Part shown: positions 1 through 8,139 of the stretch, one piece after another
Numbering within the stretch: the first letter of the stretch is position 1
Layout: the number at the start of each line of letters is the position of its first letter
DNA from: Candidatus Bathyarchaeota archaeon
GTDB taxonomy: Archaea; Thermoproteota; Bathyarchaeia; 40CM-2-53-6
DNA: 64,000 nt
NCBI GenBank assembly: GCA_963733055.1
Contig: CAVTBR010000001.1
Coordinates: 224,001-288,000, forward strand
Reading direction: 5' to 3'
Notes under the pieces: model-generated
Databases searched by the model: none
What the model saw: the letters and a program-made list of their open reading frames with translations, nothing else
What the model was told of the DNA's origin: nothing
Program-made: the position numbers and the translations under genes

Positions 1-99
1 GCATGGGTTTCGAAGTGGTTCTGCATATGACTCAGTGATTTCAGAGTACAGACATTAATTGCATATTGTTAATTTCTGTGATGATGAACGGCCACTAAT

Positions 100-1147
100 T
101 TAGACGTTCATCGTTAGTGGCTTGCGATGATCGCTGAGGCATGGAAGATTTGAACTAATTAAATACGAAGATAGTTCAAATTTCCTAAGGAATTTTGGAA
201 TTCTGTGCGTATATCCATTGTGGGTGAGGTAATTGAACAAGGTAGGATATGAAGTGCGACCAACACATTGACTACCATCGATATGTTGATGATGGGTCAA
301 ATCGACCAATTGTTCGAGTTCGGCAGAGTCATTCAACACCCCCCAAGCTTGGCCGAGCAAGTCGTAGAAGAGACGCGGATCACACACTTCCTTAGGATAA
401 TTGTCGAAGTTGGCCATAGCCCCTAGAGATAGGATCACAAACCTCAAAGCGTCGAATAGGTCAGCTACTGTGCCGTCAAAGAGGCACTGTCTGGGAATTC
501 TCCTGCAGTTTAGCGACTTTAGAAGACCCTTAACCGCAACATAACCAAGGTCGTTAGGATTAACAGCCTTAGTGACCGTGTTCGCGAGCGGAAATCCACA
601 ACGTGCACATTTGCCTATATCGAAGGTCGGATTTTCATCAAAGGGGTCCAACTGATTGTGGCAGTGGCCACATTCGGAAGCTAGGAGTACGTTGTGCGAG
701 ACGCAGATAGGTGCAATCCTTAACCTCCAAAACAGACGCAGGTACGGCGTCCTGTCGTGCGCGAAACAGAGCGGACAGTACCATCTTCCATCCCGCCGAG
801 GAACGATCCAATGAAATGCGCAGATGGCAGTCCTCTTAGCTCCTTTCGTCTCGCTGCGAATTTTGATTACATGCTTGAATGAATGTAAGGTCATTTGTTG
901 AACAGCGTTCGGCGCCGAGGTAGCGTGCAACAACTTCGTAAGGTCCTCCGTTTGCTTCACTCAAGAAGTCAAGGTCGAACGTAACGCGCTCTTTTCGGCC
1001 CCAGTTGGATGTAGGGATTTTCAGATAGGTGGCCGCGAAATTCGCCGTAGAATAGCAGTTGCCATTGGCTAGCCTAGTAATCCATGATTCCAAGGATTCT
1101 CCGGCCAGAGGTTGCGGATGAATTGGCCCGAATTGATCTGATGCCAT
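100..1147 (-). CDS. tniQ: TniQ family target-selection protein, frameshifted at ~952
   Basis: N-term PIHPQPLAGESLESWITRLA (ORF 836-1159) joins ORF 100-960 containing CPLC..YLRLFWRL..CVSH..CGHC..CARC. Removing one base from the ttt at 951-953 fuses the frames (DFLSEATEDLTKL). Confidence 0.9.
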
Positions 1148-1186
1148 TTCTACCAACAAGGAAACTACGCCAACACTTGCTGGAGA

Positions 1187-2197
1187 TTATCGTATGGTCC
1201 GCAAGGCGTAACGCTCCGAGGCGATTTTCAGGTGGCGATCCATTATTTGCTCTGATTCATCTTTCAGGGCATTGATTGCCGCCGTTTTTACGAGCTTAAG
1301 AATGTTAACTAAGACACCACCTCTTCCACTCGCATCTAGAGACTTGGAGAGGTCGACAATGAGATGAGCCTTTTCCTTTTTGTATAAGCAACTTGCCTTC
1401 TTGAGTGACAGTGTGGATTCAAGTTCCCACAAGAAGTGGCTTAAGTGACGCCCCTCCGTCCACAGCGGTAGCTTCGACACTTCCAGTCTAGTAGTTAGCG
1501 ATTCTTCATCACCAAAAACGATCCCTGCTTCCTCGCTCCCAGCAAAGACTATTGGAATTCGGAGGTAGTTGGAAATATTCCTAATCGCGAATAAGGCTTC
1601 AGATTTCTTCTTTCCACCGTGCAACATGTTGTTTACGTCATCTATCATGAGAAGCCTCACGCGACAGGTGAAGAGTGCGGTAAGGACTCTTCTCTGCTTA
1701 GAGACGACGCTCCCCGCGTCCCAATCCGAATATCCGAACGGTTGAAGGATTGTAGACAATAATTTTCCTTCACCTCCGTTCACCGGAGCGGTCGTTCTAA
1801 GTATGGGTATGATCTCAACGCCGGGCTCGCTTTGTCGCGGGTGTCGGCGTTCGCATTCGTTCAACAGGGCGCTCTTGCCGTTCCCCGGTGCTCCTGTCAG
1901 AAGGACCTTCTGAGTCTCGCCTTGATTGTTGGCTAATTTTTTTCGTCGCGGGTTCCTTTTTTCAAATTCATGAAGCAGTGCGGTCTTTCCATTTCCTGGA
2001 ACGCCGGTAAGCAAAATGTTTTGCGGGCGTAGCGTTCGTGGACGCGACAACAGTTCTTCGAACAGAGAAAGGACAGCGTTCCCTTGTGGGTATGGAATGA
2101 AACTGTCTTCCCAGATCGCTCTAATTCGCTCTTTTAGAGACCAGTTCAGCGTCTTGGCTGTCTTGTCTAGGAGATGTTCATAACCCAATTTTAGCAC
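1187..2197 (-). CDS. tnsC: TnsC/TniB AAA+ transposition ATPase
   Basis: Walker A GVPGNGKT (duplicated as GAPGNGKS), Walker B-like LLMIDDVNN, LRIPIVFAG, LTTRL; overlaps the stop of the transposase gene. Confidence 0.92.
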   Translation of the reverse strand: MLKLGYEHLLDKTAKTLNWSLKERIRAIWEDSFIPYPQGNAVLSLFEELLSRPRTLRPQNILLTGVPGNGKTALLHEFEKRNPRRKKLANNQGETQKVLLTGAPGNGKSALLNECERRHPRQSEPGVEIIPILRTTAPVNGGEGKLLSTILQPFGYSDWDAGSVVSKQRRVLTALFTCRVRLLMIDDVNNMLHGGKKKSEALFAIRNISNYLRIPIVFAGSEEAGIVFGDEESLTTRLEVSKLPLWTEGRHLSHFLWELESTLSLKKASCLYKKEKAHLIVDLSKSLDASGRGGVLVNILKLVKTAAINALKDESEQIMDRHLKIASERYALRTIR

Positions 2198-4806
2198 TCC
2201 TTTGAGTGGAAGGAGGTTCGAATCTTGGCGTGTTGGTTTTTTGCCGGCGGTTGGTACTCGTCACCGTCGGTTTCCATTGATAGCTTAGGCTCGTTAGTTT
2301 GTGTGATCTTGAATTCATCCGCGATTTCGCGATTCCTTCGTGCGATTTCTGTTTCTTTTCGGACTTTCTTGGTTAAAGAAACCGCATTTTCAACTATCGC
2401 TTGACTTTCCTCATACTGAGAGAAGACGATGCTTGCGGAGGGGCCACGAATTCCCCTCTTTGCTAGGTTTCGTCTGGAAATTTCCCATCTTGTAAGGGGA
2501 ATCGGCTCGTGGTAAATTGTTGTTGAGGGAATTCTGTAGTGCACTTTTTCTTTGGTATCCAGAATCCAGATATGCCGAATGTCCCAGGGATCGTATTTGA
2601 TTGCATGAGCTAGGCTGTTGCCTCTATTGTCCTCACGCGAGAACCTAGCCAGTTTATCTGAATAGTACGTCAAACCTGCGAAATGCACGCCGTCTTTTTG
2701 TATTGTTCGATCTTCCGCGGGAAGAAAGTCTAAGCGGAATTTCTGTTGGTCTTCGAGGTCAAGTTGCCTGGGCATTCCATATTCTTCCACGCCATGTTGC
2801 CATTTCTCTAGTGGAGTCATTCCTCCAAGTTCTTTTTGCGGTGTATGATGATACTGGTCAATGGACTTGACGAAGAAGGTTTCAAACTCATCTTGAGTGA
2901 GGCAAGCTTCTTTTTCAGAATGATACTCACCTCTCTCTTTCACGCTAGACTTTGTTGTACCAGGAAGAGTATGGATGAATTCTCTTTGCAGCGTTCCAAT
3001 AACTCGCTCCACAAGCCCTCCAAATCTTGGATTCCTTAATGGCCTATGTATGATTTGGATGCCCCACGCCGCGCAGCCAGCCAATATGAGATTGGCTGTG
3101 AATTCTTTCGCATTATCGAAATGTAGACCTGCCGGGATGCCGTGGACCGGCCACTCAATTCCGTGTTTGAGAGCGATTTCATCTTTGGGCATGGCGCACA
3201 TCAAGAGAGCAATCCCAACCAGGTAAGCGCTGGGCCTTGCCAGGCTGAAATAGAATCCGGCTAGCATGTGACTGTAAACGTCTATCATTGGCATCACGAA
3301 GGGTCGCCCAACCGATTGCCGCGTTTCAGCGTCAACCAGTATTACGTCCCCAGGCGTGTGATCTACCATGACGGTCTCCAGCGGACGTTGACCCAGGGTA
3401 GATTTGCTCCCAAAAGTGCTGAACCTATTCTCGGCTGCCTGCGAACCTTCACGCGCCTGAGCTTTCGCGCGGGGCTCGATTTCGTTAATTCTATTGTAGA
3501 ACGTTTTCAGGTTAGGGAATTCTAGGTGGTCTTTCTCGGGAAGAACCTTGTTTATCTGTGCGATTGCTTGGGTCAAATGATTGTATGTAGCTACCTTACT
3601 CTTCTTCTGGAGGGTTAAGTAGTGGGTCTCAATTGTCTTGGACATTAATTCGTCTACACGGGGATGAATTCTATGTTTTCCTTTCCCGCCTCGCGTTTCC
3701 GAAGGAAGTAGTCCAGAAGGACCGTGCTCTCTGTAGCTTCGGACTAGTCTCTCAACCTGTCTAGTACTCAGGCGGAGGTACTCGCCGACGTCCGAGCCAA
3801 GTGAGCTTGGCATGCGACCGAGGCGAACTAGGCCCCCAATGATCTCAAGACGTTCTATGAACTTGACGTATTCTTCAGGATCTCGCTGTTGTAGAGCATA
3901 TGCACTTAGCCTTCCTCCTGGGGTGTAATAGGTGTCTGCGCTTACACGATACTCTTCGCCACTTTCCAAACTTTTGATCAGGATACTTTCGGGAATTGTG
4001 TCATCGAGGATTTCATACTTGTGACCTGAGAATTCTATGTCCTTCTGTCCATTTCTGTAGTTACCTCCTTCTTTACCCATATATCGTAGCGGATGAGTCT
4101 CGATCCGTTTCAATAGTTTTTCAAATGGTATTAGGAAGTTTAATGTGCCGACGTTACTTGATTTCAGGGAAACCGTCGCGTCGTCAAGATGTAATGTCGG
4201 CGTTTCCACTATTGATAATCTGTGATCGAAAAGCAGTTTGCAGACTAGCGACCTTCGATCGGACACGGCTAGCTTTGATGAGCATTTTGCCGTAAGTGTT
4301 CTTACCTTTGCTGACGTCGTCTCGTGCAGTGGGGACAGTATTTCCTCTGCTGCGCGGTGGTCGGGCTGATTGATTCTACCTCGGTCATTGACCAGCCTGA
4401 GTATTGCGAGGCGATTTCTCAGCTCGTTGCGCGTAGCGTCTGTGAAAAATGCGTAAACGAATCCGTTGTCGCGACATTCGTTATGAGTTGTGGAGAACAG
4501 TGGAAACCAAGCTGGCCAATTTCTTACCAATTCTAATTCGTACTTAACGTCCACGACGTAATTCGGCGCTATACTCCTCAACAATGTAGCATCGAGAACA
4601 TGTCTCCCGATTCTCGGAGATTGAGGAATTATCTTCTCGATTGTTGGATTATCATCGCATAGGAGGAGGTGGTCATATTCGAGCCAAGATTCATATGCGA
4701 ATGGAGTTTCCATCCGTGACATATAGTAACCTGTAACTGACCTTGTGTTTGGACGGATCCTTCTAAGTGTTTGATCATAGCGATTTACTACAGGGGCCAT
4801 ACACAT
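2191..4806 (-). CDS. TnsA-TnsB fusion transposase
   Basis: N-term TnsA endonuclease motifs (YESWLEYD, IIPQ, LD, VVDVKY); HTH (LSTRQVERLVRSY); DDE core (VDHT, FDNAKEF, GLVERVIG); Mu-transposase C-term (RTIQKDGV..KYDPWDI). One continuous 871-aa frame. Confidence 0.92.
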   Translation of the reverse strand: MCMAPVVNRYDQTLRRIRPNTRSVTGYYMSRMETPFAYESWLEYDHLLLCDDNPTIEKIIPQSPRIGRHVLDATLLRSIAPNYVVDVKYELELVRNWPAWFPLFSTTHNECRDNGFVYAFFTDATRNELRNRLAILRLVNDRGRINQPDHRAAEEILSPLHETTSAKVRTLTAKCSSKLAVSDRRSLVCKLLFDHRLSIVETPTLHLDDATVSLKSSNVGTLNFLIPFEKLLKRIETHPLRYMGKEGGNYRNGQKDIEFSGHKYEILDDTIPESILIKSLESGEEYRVSADTYYTPGGRLSAYALQQRDPEEYVKFIERLEIIGGLVRLGRMPSSLGSDVGEYLRLSTRQVERLVRSYREHGPSGLLPSETRGGKGKHRIHPRVDELMSKTIETHYLTLQKKSKVATYNHLTQAIAQINKVLPEKDHLEFPNLKTFYNRINEIEPRAKAQAREGSQAAENRFSTFGSKSTLGQRPLETVMVDHTPGDVILVDAETRQSVGRPFVMPMIDVYSHMLAGFYFSLARPSAYLVGIALLMCAMPKDEIALKHGIEWPVHGIPAGLHFDNAKEFTANLILAGCAAWGIQIIHRPLRNPRFGGLVERVIGTLQREFIHTLPGTTKSSVKERGEYHSEKEACLTQDEFETFFVKSIDQYHHTPQKELGGMTPLEKWQHGVEEYGMPRQLDLEDQQKFRLDFLPAEDRTIQKDGVHFAGLTYYSDKLARFSREDNRGNSLAHAIKYDPWDIRHIWILDTKEKVHYRIPSTTIYHEPIPLTRWEISRRNLAKRGIRGPSASIVFSQYEESQAIVENAVSLTKKVRKETEIARRNREIADEFKITQTNEPKLSMETDGDEYQPPAKNQHAKIRTSFHSKEC

Positions 4807-4816
4807 AGAGTATTTC

Positions 4817-4875
4817 TCACTCGCCTAGAGTGAATACCGCAACTATATAAGGTCTATTACACATTAAGTATGTGT
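4817..4875. promoter_or_regulatory. Divergent promoter with TATA box and two short inverted repeats
   Basis: TATATAA at 4844-4850; TCACTC-N5-GAGTGA at 4817-4833; ACACAT-N5-ATGTGT at 4859-4875; lies between tnsAB and the wHTH gene. Confidence 0.45.
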
Positions 4876-4889
4876 TGTGCACACAGAGT

Positions 4890-5648
4890 ATGACTGAAGA
4901 TTTATCCACGAGCCCATTGCTGGCGAGACTACTTCGCCTTGTAAGAACATCTCCTTCAGGAATAACATCAAGCCAAGCGGCAAAGCAATTGGGAAAACAA
5001 TTGGCCAGCGTCTATGCAGGCTTATCTCAGCTTCAAGAGAGAGGTTTGATCGATATAGGGGAGTCCATCGATAAACGTGAAACGGTTTTCGTGATATCCA
5101 GCGAATCTAAGAGACGCAAAGCTGACTCGATTCTCTCAGATCTAAAGTCAGTTAAATTAACTGGAAAATCGCTGCACTACGTAATGTCAGATTTTGAAGA
5201 GAGAATAACCAGCCGGCTCAACAAAACTCTGCCAGACAGCAAGGTGCAGCAATCAGGAAGAGATGACCTGCCCAACATTATCATATCCTGCGATAACAAA
5301 TTTCATGGCGTAGACCTTTACCCTGGATATCAATGGCACACAGCCCAGGCAGATCGCGCGTCTGGAAAACTCATGCGATTGGGTGCAACCCTCACATTCA
5401 GATCCCTGCACGGGGTGATTCTTGGTAAGCCTGAGGGAGAACCTGAGCCCGATTCACACTTCTCAAGCCTTCAGTACTTAAGACATTATGAATACGTAGG
5501 AAAGGAGTTGTCAACACGCTTCAACGTGATTATTGTTCCAGAAATCGATATCTTTGCTTTGCTGCCGGAAGACGAAGAGCTCGACAGAATAATTACAACC
5601 AAGATCGCAAAGCCTATTGCAGCGCGATGTAACGAATGGAACTCCTAG
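4890..5648 (+). CDS. Winged-helix (MarR-like) DNA-binding protein with unknown C-terminal domain
   Basis: ITSSQAAKQLGKQLASVYAGLSQLQERGLI..DKRETVF wHTH pattern. Confidence 0.7.
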   Translation: MTEDLSTSPLLARLLRLVRTSPSGITSSQAAKQLGKQLASVYAGLSQLQERGLIDIGESIDKRETVFVISSESKRRKADSILSDLKSVKLTGKSLHYVMSDFEERITSRLNKTLPDSKVQQSGRDDLPNIIISCDNKFHGVDLYPGYQWHTAQADRASGKLMRLGATLTFRSLHGVILGKPEGEPEPDSHFSSLQYLRHYEYVGKELSTRFNVIIVPEIDIFALLPEDEELDRIITTKIAKPIAARCNEWNS

Positions 5649-5688
5649 ACCATTTCAATTTCTTCGTTTAATAGCATCCTGCAATCGA

Positions 5689-6906
5689 CTACGTCCGGTT
5701 GCATTTCAGATATCGATGAGACCTTCCTAGATACGTTGCAATCGCCCCTACCGATGGATTGAGGCCCCTTTCCCGCAACATTCTGATGGCGTTTTGGATC
5801 TCCGCTTCTTTCCTAAGTCTGAACCTGCTCTGTCCCTCGAGTACTATCGCATTCACTCTTGCGTCGCTCTTCACACGCCCGAAACTGACTTCAGCAATTC
5901 TAGAGACAGCTCTCAGAGAGATAGGCGCATTCGTTTCCAGTAAATCTTGGACTGCCTGTCCTACTCTATCTTGGGGTGAACGATCTTTGACATTACGTGA
6001 ATTTTCGATCTTAGATTCAACGTTGATCCGTTCTTGTTCGATCCCATTGCGGATGAGATGGACTAGTTTCTTGGGCAAATGGATGCCATACTCAGCTTGT
6101 AGTCTTTTGAATCTAGCTTTGTTGGCACGCACAAACGTCTCTATATTTTTGGGCCAGTTTTCAACAAGACCAAGTGCTCTTTCAATCAATAGCGCCGCGA
6201 CAGCCTCATTCTCCCGCCAATCGAAAGGCGGTTTGGTAGGAAAACCGTGGGATTTCAGAGACTCAATCCAAGACGGTTCGCGTTGCAGGTAGAGATTCAG
6301 GTATCTCACTAGGGCAAGAAGGACAAGGAAACAATCCTGTGCACTCTCCGGCCAACCAAAGCTCTCGAAGAGAGCTTGCGATTCGAGAATTTGAATTCCC
6401 CAAGAACCGAGCCGTGACAACCGCGGGCAATTGATTGGCCTAACCAGGGGCCTTGCTGTCAGATCAGTCGTACCTCTCGCAGAGCTCCTTTGCAGGACTA
6501 CCCCGTGACGACTGCAGACAGGAAGGAACAAAAGTCGCCACACAAGCCTCGGGTAGGATCCTTCCGTTTGTAAGCAGGCCGGACAGTACCTGATTACCTC
6601 TCGCGAAGAAACCCAACCTTTTCGATCCATTACATTATAGGGCTCAGAGATTACGTCCCTCCATGGCGTTAATGCCATCCTCCACAACTTGTCGATTCCA
6701 CCTTGGACATGTGCCACGTTGGCGAGTATGTTCAGGTCACCTCGTTTCAGGAAATCGAGATCTCTGTATCTCCAGTCAGCCTCATTGAGGTACCATGACA
6801 GCAGCTGTCGAATCGTGATGCCGTTAGATATTGCAATCCGGTTGATCCACGATGTGATCGACTCACCTTCACGAGGTTGCGGGTGTATAGGGAGGCGCCC
6901 ATCCAC
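5689..6906 (-). CDS. tniQ: Second TniQ/TnsD-like protein with C-terminal HTH repeats
   Basis: LPIHPQPREGESITSWINRIA; YCPAC..PRLVWRL..CSRH; two C-terminal HTH-like units (ISLRAVSRIAEVS, PSVGAIATYLGRS). Confidence 0.9.
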   Translation of the reverse strand: MDGRLPIHPQPREGESITSWINRIAISNGITIRQLLSWYLNEADWRYRDLDFLKRGDLNILANVAHVQGGIDKLWRMALTPWRDVISEPYNVMDRKGWVSSREVIRYCPACLQTEGSYPRLVWRLLFLPVCSRHGVVLQRSSARGTTDLTARPLVRPINCPRLSRLGSWGIQILESQALFESFGWPESAQDCFLVLLALVRYLNLYLQREPSWIESLKSHGFPTKPPFDWRENEAVAALLIERALGLVENWPKNIETFVRANKARFKRLQAEYGIHLPKKLVHLIRNGIEQERINVESKIENSRNVKDRSPQDRVGQAVQDLLETNAPISLRAVSRIAEVSFGRVKSDARVNAIVLEGQSRFRLRKEAEIQNAIRMLRERGLNPSVGAIATYLGRSHRYLKCNRT

Positions 6907-7603
6907 TCAGGCCTTCCCTCCCTTGGCTGGGCAAATTTGAACGAATGGGCAGTACCTGCACCAAGTGGAAGGCTCAGGTTCAGGAATGACAGATGCCTGG
7001 AATGCTCGATGAAGGGTCGTCGCTCGCTTGATCATCCATTCCTTGCGGTTCCCGAGTGGGACTTCTTTAGGAATAATTTCCTTGTCGTCCGCGTAAATCA
7101 ATACCAGCCGATTAACCGCGATCCCATATCGTTCGAGTAGTGTGGCGTAACATTGAACCTGCTCGATGTGGTTCTCGCGTGGGATGTGCCCTTTCTCTGC
7201 TTGCCACCGTGCAAATCGAGTTGTCTTTAGGTCGTAGACGGTCGCGGTCTCAGGCTCGAATGCGTCAACGTATCCGACGACAGTGATGGTCGCATCGCCG
7301 AGTTGGAACGACATTTTGACACGTAGCTCGCTCCAGCCGAGAGACCTGACCGTGTAATGGAGTAGAGTGCCACGAAGTTTAGCCCATGCAGACCCGACGG
7401 GTTCGTTCACGGGGGAGGTTGTTGCGAAGTATGCTTTCGCTGGGCAGTTCGTGAGAGTTGAAACGTGATAGGTGTTAGGTTGCGGTGGAAATCGTTGCCA
7501 TGTCATTCGACTCCAGAACGAGGCTGGAAGCAGTTCGTTGCAGTAGGGACAGTTGAGTACGTCACGATTATGAGAACATGTCAGTGAAATTGCGAGATTT
7601 CAT
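6907..7603 (-). CDS. Cas4-family (RecB-like PD-(D/E)xK, Fe-S) nuclease with N-terminal Cys/His motif
   Basis: NCPAKAYF, GTLLH, GYVD, YDLKT, QVQCY, C-term WCRYCPFVQIC. The frame stays open upstream of 7506 (CSHNRDVLNCPYC) toward an ATG at 7603 preceded by GGAGGA, with one extra A after the ATG. Confidence 0.85.
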
Positions 7604-7627
7604 ATCCTCCTATCTCTCTAACCTAAG

Positions 7628-7762
7628 CTATAGTTCGATGACCTTCGCCCGTACACCGAGTATAACCCGGATCTCTTCGGCAACTTCCCAGGCATTACGC
7701 TTCTTTACTTCGACAATTACAATTGCTGTCCCGTGCGTTGTTTCAATACCATCAGTTACCAA
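7628..7762 (-). CDS. Small 44-aa hypothetical protein, first gene of the Cas4-TniQ operon
   Basis: My translation: (M)VTDGIETTHGTAIVIVEVKKRNAWEVAEEIRVILGVRAKVIEL; TTG start; too short for the ORF track. Confidence 0.5.
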   Translation of the reverse strand: MVTDGIETTHGTAIVIVEVKKRNAWEVAEEIRVILGVRAKVIEL

Positions 7763-7840
7763 TCGTTACCATCCTTCACCACATTCTATCAGGCAACCTC
7801 TATAAGTCTTATGGTGATTACATCATGTGGATGGTGAACT

Positions 7841-8020
7841 GTGGTGGCCGGAGAAGTAGAGGTCGCATTTGTCAAGGTTCAGCCGCAAGCCAGAGGCAAC
7901 TATATGGTAACGGTCCCTAGCGAAGCAGTCAAAATGCTTGGAATCAAGGACAACGAGAGGACCAAGGTGTACGTTGACAAGGAAAAGAAGAGAATCATAT
8001 TCGAACTGGTTAAACCCTGA
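7841..8020 (+). CDS. AbrB/MazE/SpoVT-family DNA-binding protein
   Basis: My translation: VKVQPQARGNYMVTVPSEAVKMLGIKDNERTKVYVDKEKKRIIFELVKP; GGTGA RBS at 7833-7837. Confidence 0.8.
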   Translation: MVAGEVEVAFVKVQPQARGNYMVTVPSEAVKMLGIKDNERTKVYVDKEKKRIIFELVKP

Positions 8021-8139
8021 CTGTCACTAAGGAGTGTGTGCAACGGCAACGGTGGTTGACAAATGCACTTTGTTTTATCCTAACGCTAGCTCTACCACCT
8101 TTTTTCATTTAGAAGCTGTCTTCCTTAACTGTACTCGTA

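Noticed and set aside
5652-5678. Minus-strand GATGCTATTAAACGAAGAAATTGAAAT, resembling a CRISPR repeat end, just after tniQ-2
   Set aside because: Single copy in a 40-bp gap between convergent genes; no second repeat or spacer
5759-6292. Long antisense ORFs in the track (e.g. 5759-6292, 16515-17024, 62991-63518)
   Set aside because: Shadows of well-supported genes on the opposite strand, with no motifs of their own
6907-7603. Calling the element a CRISPR-associated transposon because of the Cas4-like gene
   Set aside because: No effector genes, cas6, tracrRNA or array are visible in the window; solo Cas4-family nucleases are common on mobile elements
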